The translations under genes were made by a program, and so were the position numbers. A DNA stretch of 64,000 nucleotides from Acidobacteriota bacterium (lineage in GTDB: Bacteria; Acidobacteriota; UBA890; WLXD01), in contig CBDFKD010000002.1 in the NCBI GenBank assembly GCA_965248695.1, positions 3,392,001 to 3,456,000 of the forward strand. The letters are read 5' to 3'. This document shows, in pieces, positions 38,601 to 50,088 of this stretch. How positions within the stretch are numbered: position 1 is the first letter of the stretch; each line of letters opens with the position of its first letter. The notes under the pieces were generated by a model. It made no database searches. It was not told the origin of the DNA and saw only the letters and a program-made list of their open reading frames with translations.

Positions 38601-38727
38601 GCAGGCGCTGGGACGAGATGCGGAAGCGCGGGCCGCGTGGAGGGAGGGAACCGAGGGGACTCCGAGCACCGCCGAGCAGCGTGAGTACATCCGTCTTTGT
38701 CGCGAACGACTCAACACCGGCGCCTAG
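35680..38727 (+). CDS. DUF5107-domain protein with C-terminal TPRs
   Basis: ENEYLRVMCLPEIGGRI, GAWVSGGIEWN, PGKKAWTWG, DGPYIEVQSG; TPRs. Confidence 0.87.
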   Translation: MSSVTRPMTAWLALLTAALLIAPTIGWEASAQQRSGSRPTAVRTWTAEVEIPTYPLGADDLNPHFFALEGTIIYPYTAQDRFGHERVAQTYRAVFIENEYLRVMCLPEIGGRIQSVLDKVTGEEMFYRNHVIRPGHIALRGAWVSGGIEWNRGPQGHTVTSFSPVDVVPVQNPDGSAALLIGSTEQNFRTGWEVRLTLHPEIRALDERIRLFNPTDSFHPYYFWNNTAFPNTPGTRFVYPMTLGTDHSGTEYFGWPIHQGRDLRWLRNYPEPTSVFGYEVEFDFFGAYDVDRDFGIVQVANHHELPGKKAWTWGESDAGLAAQAVLTDSDGPYIEVQSGPLPTQADFGLLAPGQEVSWQETWYPVNGLGQGYELATRDVAIERLDHPDGVELRIAATRPIPGAQIHIEPRGGVVEQRPLDLSPARTESVVVRTDPATANPGEISLRIRIDRTDGGTLLEYSSPLRAPQRQVPVARESPPPTAETAYRAGLELDKQGNEPDARRRYAEALGHDAGHAPTLRALGGLEIEAGRFGEAVERLQQALDRDPDDGMTWYLLGVARLRMDDLEGATAAGYATAQRAGSAALGYGLVGRARARLGDYAGATRAFTAGLSAGGSDWTRLFEQILLSTYAAGDYAGAVALARQSIEAGSIRLVPHVIQALGSEQSLRDFAHGAREWVGEPEFAFVELSLTMADLGMYRDAANVVEAALVATVEASERRALPFYYLSYYLDRLGDGGQAARWLREAAEASTDYVFPSRPEAIAVFDHALQRNPQDARARLYLGNLFAGLGRLEEAAREWNTAVQSAPDLSTARRNLAFYRWRIDGDLEGAAALLAQAITIRPQDQTLYRDLARVRVEQGQPTAAVTVLESVPAANRRADVTLALARGYNAVERFNDAIALLGSARFTQREGDTGSRQIFYEAHIERGIRALQAGDPAAALADFDAALTYPSNLNVGRPHRPVEARGRYWRGMALQALGRDAEARAAWREGTEGTPSTAEQREYIRLCRERLNTGA

Positions 38728-38810
38728 GTGCATCTGGAGACACCGGCGCGCCGGTGCTAGGAGCTACTGACCGGCTACGAATCGCCGCGGAGACTGCTCG
38801 CCCAGGGGGC

Positions 38811-39377
38811 TCAGGACAACTCGACCTCGAAATGAAGCCGGGTTCCGACCTGAAGCGCGGCACCAATCGGTCGATAGAGAAGCAGAACGACGTTCTCGGC
38901 GGCAATCGCGCCCGGAGCCAAGGTCTTGGCCTGAGGCCGGCATTCGCCGTTCGCCTTGATTCTCAGCTTCATGGAATCCTGGTACAGATCCGGGTCGCCG
39001 AGCTTCTCCTTGGCCTCGATCTCGACCTCTATGCGCTTGGGCAGATCGACGCCCTCCGGAACGGTGATGCGGCACCGGATGTGAACCTGGATTCCGGTAA
39101 GGTCGGTCTCATAGGGCGAAAAGAGGACGGCGCCGAAAGCGGGCATCCGATTGGCGATTTCCTCCTGCTGCACGATGTCCTCAGTGAAGCTCAAGCCCTG
39201 GGTCGCCGCGAAGCGCCGCACCTCGTTGTTGAAGCGCGAACAGTCCTTTCCCTTGACTCCGTCTCCGTCCGCACACCTGGAGGTGCAGTCCTCCACACCG
39301 AGGAGCAACAACAACGCCAGCAGCGGAGCCAGCCCGCGGCGGCGCGTCAGCGCTCGTAGGTGTCTCAGGGAGACCAT
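38811..39377 (-). CDS. Hypothetical exported Cys-containing protein
   Basis: GGAGG RBS; RRRGLAPLLALLLLLG leader; no recognised family. Confidence 0.6.
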   Translation of the reverse strand: MVSLRHLRALTRRRGLAPLLALLLLLGVEDCTSRCADGDGVKGKDCSRFNNEVRRFAATQGLSFTEDIVQQEEIANRMPAFGAVLFSPYETDLTGIQVHIRCRITVPEGVDLPKRIEVEIEAKEKLGDPDLYQDSMKLRIKANGECRPQAKTLAPGAIAAENVVLLLYRPIGAALQVGTRLHFEVELS

Positions 39378-39541
39378 GGACCCTCCAGCCGATACGATTC
39401 GTGGTGGCGCACGATACATCTGGGGTTCGGCCGTCCACAAGCAGCCGGCCCGGACCTCGCCGAGAGCACGACTCGTCGGAGAACGGGGTGGCGCACGAGT
39501 ATATTGTCTGCTCCCTCCCCACTGCCGATCTCAGGTGCCCG

Positions 39542-41191
39542 ATGCGACCGACCCTGGCCATCTCCTGTCTGATGATTCCCGTCGCCTGCTCTACCGCTGT
39601 TGCGCCGCTGCCCGATCAGCGCCTTAGCGCCAGCGCGCTGCTGGAAGACGTGCGAGCGCTCTCCGCCGACGAGATGGAAGGACGCGGCACGGGGACGGCG
39701 GGTGAAGCACGGGCCGCCGGCTGGATCGAGCAGCGTTTTCGCGACGTCGGACTGTCGCCGGTGGAGGGCCTGTTTCGCCAGGAGGTGCGACTGGTCGGCA
39801 TGCGCCGCAACGACGCCACCGCCTCGCTGAGCATCGCCTCGGCAAACGACTCGCTGGAGCTGGTCGACGCCGGCAACGTCGCGTTCTGGTCGTCGGCGCA
39901 GCGCGACGTGGTCGACATCGATGCCGCCCCGTTGCTCTTCGTGGGCTACGGAGTGCAGGCGCCGGAGCACGACTGGGACGACTTCAAAGGCGTCGACGTG
40001 AGCGGCAAGGTGTTGCTCTTCCTGAACAACGATCCGCCCGTCGAGGAGAACGGCGAGGAGCTGTTTGGCGGCGAGACGCGTACCTACTATGGACGCTGGT
40101 CGTACAAGTTCGAGCAGGCGATGAAGCTCGGCGCTGCCGGCGCGCTCATGGTCCACACGACGCCGTCGGCGTCCTACCCGTTCAGCGTCGTGCAGTTTTC
40201 CGGATCCAGCGAAAACTTCGCGCTGGATCTGGCGGGCTCGGGGTATCAGGTCGACCTGCTGGGCTGGCTCGACGAGCATCTCTCCGGCGAGATTGCCGCC
40301 GCCATTGGAACCGACCTCGATGGGCTATTCGAGATGGCGCGGCAAAGGGACTTCGCGCCCGTTGACACCGGATACCGAGTCAGCGCTCATCTGGACACCA
40401 CCGTGCGGAACATGAGCACCGTGAACATTCTCGGCTACTTGCCCGGCAGCGACCCGGACCTGAGCGACGAGATCATCGTCTTCACGGCGCACTACGACCA
40501 CATGGGAACCAACCCCGGGCTCGAGGGCGACACGATATTCAACGGCGCCTGGGACAACGCCGTCGGCGTGACGTCGATCATTGCCCTGGCCGATGCCTTC
40601 GCGAACATGGAGCAGGCACCTCGACGGTCGCTGCTCTTCGTCGCCTGCGCCGGCGAGGAAAGCGGCCTGCTGGGCAGTTCCTGGTTCGTGGCCGAGCCAC
40701 CGGTGCCGCGCAACGCGATGGTAGCGAACTTCAACATCGACATGCCACAGATCTTCGGCGTCACCGCCGATATCAGAGCCATCGGTGAGGACGCCAGCGA
40801 TCTGGGTGATGCGCTGCGGACGGCGGCGGCGGAGTTCCCCGCCAGGGAAGGAGAAACCGTAGCTGTGCTCGGAGACCCCAACCCCTCGGCCGGAAGCTTC
40901 TACCGCTCCGACCAGGTCAACTTTGCCAAGGCCGGCATTCCTGCCCTTTTCCTGAATCCGGGCAGCGACTATCTGCAGCCGCTGCCGTTCGACCCGCGCG
41001 CCTATCGGGAGTCGCACTATCACCAGCCGTCAGACGAAGTGCGTGACCAATGGAATCTGGCCGGCCTGGAGCGCGATCTGCGCATCTTTTTCCGCGCCGC
41101 GCGCGCCGTCGCCGACGCGGACGAGATGCCGCGCTGGAAACCGGGCAACGAGTTCGAGGTCCCGTGGCGCCAGCTTCACGGGCTCGAGTAG
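39542..41191 (+). CDS. M28-family peptidase with PA domain, lipoprotein
   Basis: PVAC lipobox; FVGYGV, TAHYDH, NGAWDNA, GEESGLLGS, FYRSDQ, YHQPSD. Confidence 0.9.
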   Translation: MRPTLAISCLMIPVACSTAVAPLPDQRLSASALLEDVRALSADEMEGRGTGTAGEARAAGWIEQRFRDVGLSPVEGLFRQEVRLVGMRRNDATASLSIASANDSLELVDAGNVAFWSSAQRDVVDIDAAPLLFVGYGVQAPEHDWDDFKGVDVSGKVLLFLNNDPPVEENGEELFGGETRTYYGRWSYKFEQAMKLGAAGALMVHTTPSASYPFSVVQFSGSSENFALDLAGSGYQVDLLGWLDEHLSGEIAAAIGTDLDGLFEMARQRDFAPVDTGYRVSAHLDTTVRNMSTVNILGYLPGSDPDLSDEIIVFTAHYDHMGTNPGLEGDTIFNGAWDNAVGVTSIIALADAFANMEQAPRRSLLFVACAGEESGLLGSSWFVAEPPVPRNAMVANFNIDMPQIFGVTADIRAIGEDASDLGDALRTAAAEFPAREGETVAVLGDPNPSAGSFYRSDQVNFAKAGIPALFLNPGSDYLQPLPFDPRAYRESHYHQPSDEVRDQWNLAGLERDLRIFFRAARAVADADEMPRWKPGNEFEVPWRQLHGLE

Positions 41192-41248
41192 CGGCCTCAG
41201 GCGGAGGCCGTAGCAGCTGCCCGACGGACGGCAGCAGCCAGCGATTGG

Positions 41249-42100
41249 TCACGCGGACGCGGCTGCTGCCTCCAGTCGTGCGGCAGAGGCCAGCGCGCGC
41301 GTGCGCCAGAAGACTTCGATGGGGTCCGCAGCGGACGTTTCACGGCCCGCTGCCTCCGCCGACCGGCGTGCATACACGGCCAACCATCCGAGGGTGGCCG
41401 CGCCGTCCTGACCGATCAACGCCCGCAACGCGTAGCGGCGCTCGCCGGCGCGAAGTCCGAGGCGCATCTCCGCGGCCGCGGTCTCGAGATCGGTGCGCGT
41501 GAGGATGAACCCGCATCGAATAGGGGTCAGGAGCGCTTCGAGAAACGCTTCACCGCCATCGCTGTCGGGGTCGGGCAGTGGCGGCGCATGCCTCAGATGC
41601 GCCGGCAGCTCGCCAGGCATCGTCAGCTCGGACATCTGGTGTGTGAGCGTGTGGTACAGGACATCCGCCCAGGCGCGGTAGCTCGGCGAGGCGACCGCTT
41701 CGAGCTTGCGTAGCCACACCAGCTGCCAGCTCAGGAGGTGCTCCCAAAGCAGCGCCGCGCGGGCGCGCTGCCAGGCGTCCGTCCCGCGTTCGTCGGCTGC
41801 CGCCTCCAACTCCAGCAGCCGCGCGTAGAGGCCGAGCAACATGCTCAGGTGATCGGGTTCCGAGGGCGGCTCTTCGCCGAGGGCGCGCCAGAGTCCGGCG
41901 ACGCGGTCACGGGCCTCGCCACCGAGCATTCCCTCAGGGCCCAGGTACACCGACGCATAAGGGTACATCTGACCGTGAAACAGATCTGTGTACTCCCAGG
42001 GTTCGGGGACCGACGGTAAGTCGAGCAGCTCCGCCAGCTGCGGCGTCGCCCCGGAAGGTGGCTCCGCCAGCACCGCCAGTGCACGAATGAGCTCGATCAC
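41249..42100 (-). CDS. TorD/DmsD-family molybdoenzyme chaperone
   Basis: PYASVYL, EPDHL, EHLLSW; lies downstream of the molybdoenzyme. Confidence 0.85.
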   Translation of the reverse strand: MIELIRALAVLAEPPSGATPQLAELLDLPSVPEPWEYTDLFHGQMYPYASVYLGPEGMLGGEARDRVAGLWRALGEEPPSEPDHLSMLLGLYARLLELEAAADERGTDAWQRARAALLWEHLLSWQLVWLRKLEAVASPSYRAWADVLYHTLTHQMSELTMPGELPAHLRHAPPLPDPDSDGGEAFLEALLTPIRCGFILTRTDLETAAAEMRLGLRAGERRYALRALIGQDGAATLGWLAVYARRSAEAAGRETSAADPIEVFWRTRALASAARLEAAAASA

Positions 42101-42120
42101 CTAGGAGGCCACCCCTGGCG

Positions 42121-45042
<2,922 letters not shown>

Positions 45043-45049
45043 CGTGTCC

Positions 45050-46591
45050 TCACGCCAGCGGCACGGATTGGCCCGCCTGAACGTAGGCATGCTCGTACAG
45101 AAGGAGGCCGGTCAAGGCGGCCAGCGCCGCGGCAAGCATCGACCAGGGGGCCAGCAATCCAGCGAACGTCAACACCAGACCCACACGGAAGAACCATGCG
45201 TAACGTCCACGAGTCATCTCCCTGACCGCGAGACGCGCATGAGCCGTGGGGTGCGTCAGCGTCACCTCGCCGCACACCAGGGCCAGGTGCACCGCACAGG
45301 CCAACGCCAGGGCGCCCCGCAGCATCGGTTGCACGCCAGGCGGGATCATCACGACGGAGGTGGCGGCGAGCAGCGTTGCGGCGCCGGCGAGCAGCGCCTG
45401 TACAACCATGTGTGATGGCAGCAGCGGGCTCTGCCACAGGTCGCGGGCCTTTGCCTGAGCGAACAGGTAGGCCGTGTAGACCGCCGTCATCAACGCCAGC
45501 GGCAAGCCTGGAAGCAACAGCCCGAGCTGGATCTCGTAGGCGCCAAGGAGGCTGCAAATCAGGTGTCCGACCAGCACGGCAGCGTAGGCCGTGATGATGA
45601 CAGCGCCCTTGACCAACCAGCTACGCCACTGGGGCCGCGTGAAGATGTAGAAGAAGCGCTTGGGGTGCTCGAGATCGCCGATCAGCAGGGCACCGGTGAT
45701 CGCCAGGAAGATCATCGCCAGCATCGGTGCCACCCACTGCCACAGCACATGGGTAGGGTCGACTCCCCCCAGAAGAACTGCCAGTCCGGCCACCAAGTAG
45801 CTACCCGCCGCGATTCCCTTGGTCCACGTGTAGGCACTCACGCGCCAATCCCAGGGGGCCGTGTGCGGGACGTCGTACGACAGCATGGCCGCCGCAGCGC
45901 TGTTGGGGCGATCGGGGTGGCCGGATACCACGTGCTGGCCGCCGGCGGTCTGCTCGCTCCACATGAACAGCCCGCCTTCGGGCCGCTGAGCCGCCAGCGG
46001 GTCGAGCGTCGCCTGCCCCACCCCGGTGTAGAACAACTTGGGTGCGGTCTCCTTCTCAGGCCGCCTGACCGACACCGATTCCCGATTGATGATCTGCGCT
46101 ACGCGCGACGTCGGATCGTGCATATCGCCAACCAAAATCGCCTCGGTCGGACACACCACGACACACGCCGGCTCCAGATCGATATCGAGACGGTGGGCGC
46201 AGAAGTTGCACTTCTCGGCCGCGTGATCCTCCGGGTTGATGAAAATCGCGTCGTACGGACACGCGGCGATACACGCCTTGCAGCCAATACAGATCGACTT
46301 GTCGAAGTCGACGATGCCGTCCGGGCGCTGGTACATGGCCGACGTCGGGCAGGCAGTGACACAGGGCGGGTTATCACACTGGTTGCAGCGCGTTACCTGG
46401 AACGCCCGGTGGGCGTCCGGGAACACCCCGACGTCGACGTACTTCACGTAGGTGCGATTCACCGACAGCGGGACAGCGTTCTCCGACTTGCACGCCGTCG
46501 AGCAGGCGTGGCATCCGATGCAGACGTCATGATCGATGACCTTGGCCCACTTGGGCGGCCGCGGCGTATCGAGCTGTAGCAACTCGGTCAT
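45050..46591 (-). CDS. 4x[4Fe-4S] ferredoxin fused to an NrfD/PsrC membrane anchor
   Basis: CIGCHACSTAC, CNQCDNPPCVTACP, CIGCKACIAACP, KCNFC...CVVVCP; then W.WRVSAY, LIGDLEHPKRF, SWLVKGA and about eight TM helices. Confidence 0.9.
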   Translation of the reverse strand: MTELLQLDTPRPPKWAKVIDHDVCIGCHACSTACKSENAVPLSVNRTYVKYVDVGVFPDAHRAFQVTRCNQCDNPPCVTACPTSAMYQRPDGIVDFDKSICIGCKACIAACPYDAIFINPEDHAAEKCNFCAHRLDIDLEPACVVVCPTEAILVGDMHDPTSRVAQIINRESVSVRRPEKETAPKLFYTGVGQATLDPLAAQRPEGGLFMWSEQTAGGQHVVSGHPDRPNSAAAAMLSYDVPHTAPWDWRVSAYTWTKGIAAGSYLVAGLAVLLGGVDPTHVLWQWVAPMLAMIFLAITGALLIGDLEHPKRFFYIFTRPQWRSWLVKGAVIITAYAAVLVGHLICSLLGAYEIQLGLLLPGLPLALMTAVYTAYLFAQAKARDLWQSPLLPSHMVVQALLAGAATLLAATSVVMIPPGVQPMLRGALALACAVHLALVCGEVTLTHPTAHARLAVREMTRGRYAWFFRVGLVLTFAGLLAPWSMLAAALAALTGLLLYEHAYVQAGQSVPLA

Positions 46592-46763
46592 CGGGTGGCT
46601 CCATCGCTTCCGGGACGAGCGCGCAGTGTGCCATCCGCGCGATCTGCCTGCCTCACCACCGCTGCAGTCGGGGGTTTGGGACGGGCGATTCTCGGTCGTG
46701 ATCGGGGCGTCTGCCAGGTCGACCGACACGGCCCTGGCGGCGACCAGGGCGCTACAAAGCTAT

Positions 46764-47042
46764 CTAGCAGGCCGTGGTGAAAGTGTGGTGGGTCTGGCGA
46801 CAGGGTCTTGCGAGGCGCAGGCCAGGAGAGAGGAGGAGGCGATGGTTACCCCATCGTTGACGACAAACGACGCAGCATCCGCGCGCAACCCCCAGTCGCC
46901 CGGCGGGTTACGGTGATTTGGGGCCATCTGCGGCGTTGGCCTTCCTCGACGATGGCTAGGGCATCGCCTCCGTCAGGCCGCCTTGCATCTGGCCCCAACT
47001 CGCCGTAGCCAGACCCAACACACTTTCACCACGGCCTGCTAG
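46764..47042. mobile_element. MITE (279 bp) with 35-bp terminal inverted repeats including flanking CTAG
   Basis: CTAGCAGGCCGTGGTGAAAGTGTGGTGGGTCTGGC ... GCCAGACCCAACACACTTTCACCACGGCCTGCTAG (1 mismatch); no transposase ORF. Confidence 0.88.
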
Positions 47043-47827
47043 CGCCTCTTGCCGTCGTCCGGCTGGTAGGAATAGACGACGTAAAACGACTCCGGGAGGC
47101 TCAACAGAATCGTCCAGGGAGCCGTCGAATCCAGGTGGAACAGCTCCCGACGGCACTGGCCGGCGTCGGCATCGATGCCCGCTGTCGCGTCGACCTCGGT
47201 CATCGCCGCCGGGCTGCAGGCCTTTACGTCTTCGCTCGACTCCGAGCTCTGCGCCGCGGTCAGCGGCAGCACGTAGAAGATCCGCTGGTTACCCGGATCG
47301 CCGCCGACAACCTCGGCCGAGGCTCGAAGCCGGAGCCCGTCGGCCATACAGATGCGTTCCGGTGGAGCGGTCCAGTCGAAGCGCGCCTGGCCAGTCGAGA
47401 GCGCGCTCTCGATGGTGAACTGCGCCCAGGCGTCGGTCTCGGAGGAGGCATGCACGTTCAACGAGGTGTAGGGGATGCCCTTGACGACACCGGCCTGCGT
47501 GGAACGCACGTCGTTGCCACGCACGGCATCGCGACGTACCCAGCTCCAGCCATCCTCGGTTTGTCCGAAGTGGTAGCGACTGAGAATGTCGCGTCGATAG
47601 CCGGGATCGCGATCCGCCATCCATTCGACTGCCTGCGGATCACCGCGTCGCCAGTAAAGGTCGGCAGCGTTGGCTCGCCGGCGGGCCTCCTCCGCCAGGT
47701 CGACGCCCTCGGTAACGATGCCGGGTGGCGGACCCGCGCGACTCACTTCCTGAGCCAGCACCTGCGCCGACACCAGCAAGGCTGTCATCAAGGCGGCGGC
47801 GGTCCAGAATCGTCTTCGCATCACCAC
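47039..47827 (-). CDS. Hypothetical secreted protein
   Basis: Signal peptide ending VLA-Q; the TAG stop lies in the MITE CTAG. Confidence 0.65.
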   Translation of the reverse strand: MVMRRRFWTAAALMTALLVSAQVLAQEVSRAGPPPGIVTEGVDLAEEARRRANAADLYWRRGDPQAVEWMADRDPGYRRDILSRYHFGQTEDGWSWVRRDAVRGNDVRSTQAGVVKGIPYTSLNVHASSETDAWAQFTIESALSTGQARFDWTAPPERICMADGLRLRASAEVVGGDPGNQRIFYVLPLTAAQSSESSEDVKACSPAAMTEVDATAGIDADAGQCRRELFHLDSTAPWTILLSLPESFYVVYSYQPDDGKRR

Positions 47828-48049
47828 CGACCCTACCCTGCGTGCCCGCGTTTGTCAGCGGCGACGCGATCTCGTGCCGAGGAGCCACGCCGTACCTCTC
47901 GCGCCGATCGGCGCGTCGATGCGGGCGCTTCGCTTCGCGGTTCGCGACACTGGACGGTCGTCCAGCCGGTCGCAGCGACCATTCAAGGTGCTGGTCCTTT
48001 CACCGCCGCCGGCGCCGGGCACTAAACTCGGCCACCGAGGCCCTCGAAT

Positions 48050-49174
48050 ATGAATCGCTTCGTCAGCTTCTATTTGCTCGCCTGGGTGCCCTACCTGGGG
48101 CTGTACACGTTGCTGTATCTCATCAGCGGCGAGTTCAGTCCTCTCGGGTCGGTACTCTCGGCGGTGATCAACGTGACGCCTGTAGCGGTGGCGGGGCTCG
48201 TCGTGCTACGCGCCGCCGGTGCGCTCGTCGAGCGGGCGAGTGGCTGGCGTCTACTCGCTACGCATGCGCTCCAAGCAGCGACGTTCGCCCTGCTGACCGC
48301 CGGCAGCAGTGCCACGACCTTCATTCTGGTGGCATGGCTGCGCGATGGCTCGAACGAGTACGCCAGAATGATCTTCGCCTGGCAACTGTTCATGAACCTG
48401 CTCGTGTATTGCTGCCTGGCGCTGTTCGCCCACGCCTGGGGTATGGGCGAGCGGCTGCAGCAGGAGCGCGCGCGTACGGCGCGCGCCGAACAGCTGCGCG
48501 TGCGCGCCGAGCTCGAGGCGCTGCGAGCGCAACTGAATCCCCACTTTCTGTTCAACACACTGCACTCACTTCTATCGCTCGTCCGGCGCGATCCACAGGG
48601 AGCCGAGGACGCCCTGGAGAGGTTCGGCGATCTGCTGCGATACACCTTGCGGACGCAGAGGGGCGAGGCCGACGACGTCACCTTGGGGGCTGAGTGGGGA
48701 TTCGTGAGCAACTACCTCGAGCTCGAAAGGCTGCGCCTCGGCGACCGACTGCGGCTTCATGCCAGCATCGATGCAACGGCGTTGAGCGCACGCGTGCCGG
48801 CGTTTTGCTTGCAGCCGCTAGTGGAGAACGCCATCCGCCATAGCGTGGCGCCGCGGTCCGGCGGCGGAACACTGTGGATCGACGCCACCCGCGATGGCGA
48901 TGCGCTGCACATCGAGGTGGCCGACGACGGTCCCGGCGCCGAGCCGGAAGCACTCGAGTCGAGCGATGGCATGGGGCTACGCTTGGTCCGCCAGCGGCTC
49001 GAGATGCTGGGCGAGGATGCCGAGCTGCGTATCGACACGCAGCCCGGGACCGGTTTCCGGGTCAGCGTGCGGGTACCGGCGCCGGAACGGGCGGCCTGGG
49101 CTGCCACCGAGGAGCCGACCAACGCCGAGCTGGCGTCGCCAGCGATCCTACGACCGCGTCGAGGAGAGGCTTGA
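48050..49174 (+). CDS. LytS/YehU-type sensor histidine kinase
   Basis: Four TM helices; LRAQLNPHFLFNTL, LQPLVENAIRH, DDGPG, GMGL. Confidence 0.92.
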   Translation: MNRFVSFYLLAWVPYLGLYTLLYLISGEFSPLGSVLSAVINVTPVAVAGLVVLRAAGALVERASGWRLLATHALQAATFALLTAGSSATTFILVAWLRDGSNEYARMIFAWQLFMNLLVYCCLALFAHAWGMGERLQQERARTARAEQLRVRAELEALRAQLNPHFLFNTLHSLLSLVRRDPQGAEDALERFGDLLRYTLRTQRGEADDVTLGAEWGFVSNYLELERLRLGDRLRLHASIDATALSARVPAFCLQPLVENAIRHSVAPRSGGGTLWIDATRDGDALHIEVADDGPGAEPEALESSDGMGLRLVRQRLEMLGEDAELRIDTQPGTGFRVSVRVPAPERAAWAATEEPTNAELASPAILRPRRGEA

Positions 49175-49908
49175 TCCGCGCGCTCATCGCCGAGGATGAG
49201 CCGCTGGCGCGCCATGCGCTGCGCGATCTCATCGAAGGTGTCGCCTGGCTCGAACTGGTCGGTGAGGCCGAGGACGGTGCGGCGGCGGTACGCATGATCG
49301 ACGCCCTGGCGCCCGACCTGGTGTTCCTCGACGTCCAGATGCCGGAGCTCTCCGGCCTCGAGGTGCTCGGTACGATCGAGAACCAGCCGGCCGTCGTGTT
49401 CACCACCGCCTTCGATCGCTATGCCGTTGCCGCCTTCGAGCTCGAGGCCATCGACTACCTGGTGAAGCCGTTCGGCCGACGGCGCTTCCGCGCCACGCTC
49501 GAACGTGTTCGCAGTCGCCTCGACGACCCGGATGGAGGGGTACCCAGCGTCAAGCACCTACGCAGCGCCCTCGAGAGGGGTCCCTTGAGCCGGTTGTTTG
49601 CGCGCTCGGGCGACCGGATCGTCCCGATCCGCATCGAATCTGTTTCGCTGTTCACCGCCGCCGACGACTACGTCGAGGTCCATACCGACGGCGGCACGCA
49701 CCTGGTGAGCTTGACCCTCGGCGACCTCGAAACACGTCTCGACCAGGAGAGGTTCATTCGCGTTCACCGCTCAGCGATCGTCAACCTCGACCAGATTCAC
49801 CTGATGCGCCCCTTTGACGATCGTCGACTGGTGATCACGATGGAGGGTGGCGCCCGGGTGGTGGCCAGTAGATCCGGCTCCAAGAAGCTCCGCCAGCTGA
49901 TCAATTAG
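49171..49908 (+). CDS. LytTR-family response regulator
   Basis: AEDEPLAR, FLDVQMP, TTAFD, YLVKP; FIRVHRSAIVN. TTG start after GAGGAG. Confidence 0.92.
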   Translation: MIRALIAEDEPLARHALRDLIEGVAWLELVGEAEDGAAAVRMIDALAPDLVFLDVQMPELSGLEVLGTIENQPAVVFTTAFDRYAVAAFELEAIDYLVKPFGRRRFRATLERVRSRLDDPDGGVPSVKHLRSALERGPLSRLFARSGDRIVPIRIESVSLFTAADDYVEVHTDGGTHLVSLTLGDLETRLDQERFIRVHRSAIVNLDQIHLMRPFDDRRLVITMEGGARVVASRSGSKKLRQLIN

Positions 49909-50088
49909 CGACGAAATCAGGCGCCGAGGAACCGCACGGGAGCCGCCGCAGCGCCTGAATGCCGCCGGCCGATCGAAGGTCCGGCCGAGGGACGACGCCC
50001 GGCGTTCGGGTCTGCTTAAATTCACCAGATCTTCAGGCTGCCCGGCGACGGCGACCATGCCGCGCTTCGGAACTCTTCGAGGACACCC

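Noticed and set aside
46592-46763. Possible Moco riboswitch ahead of the molybdoenzyme operon
   Set aside because: Hairpins are present but I could not find the conserved Moco motif elements.
47828-48049. LytTR direct repeats
   Set aside because: Candidate units do not show clean ~21-22-bp phasing.
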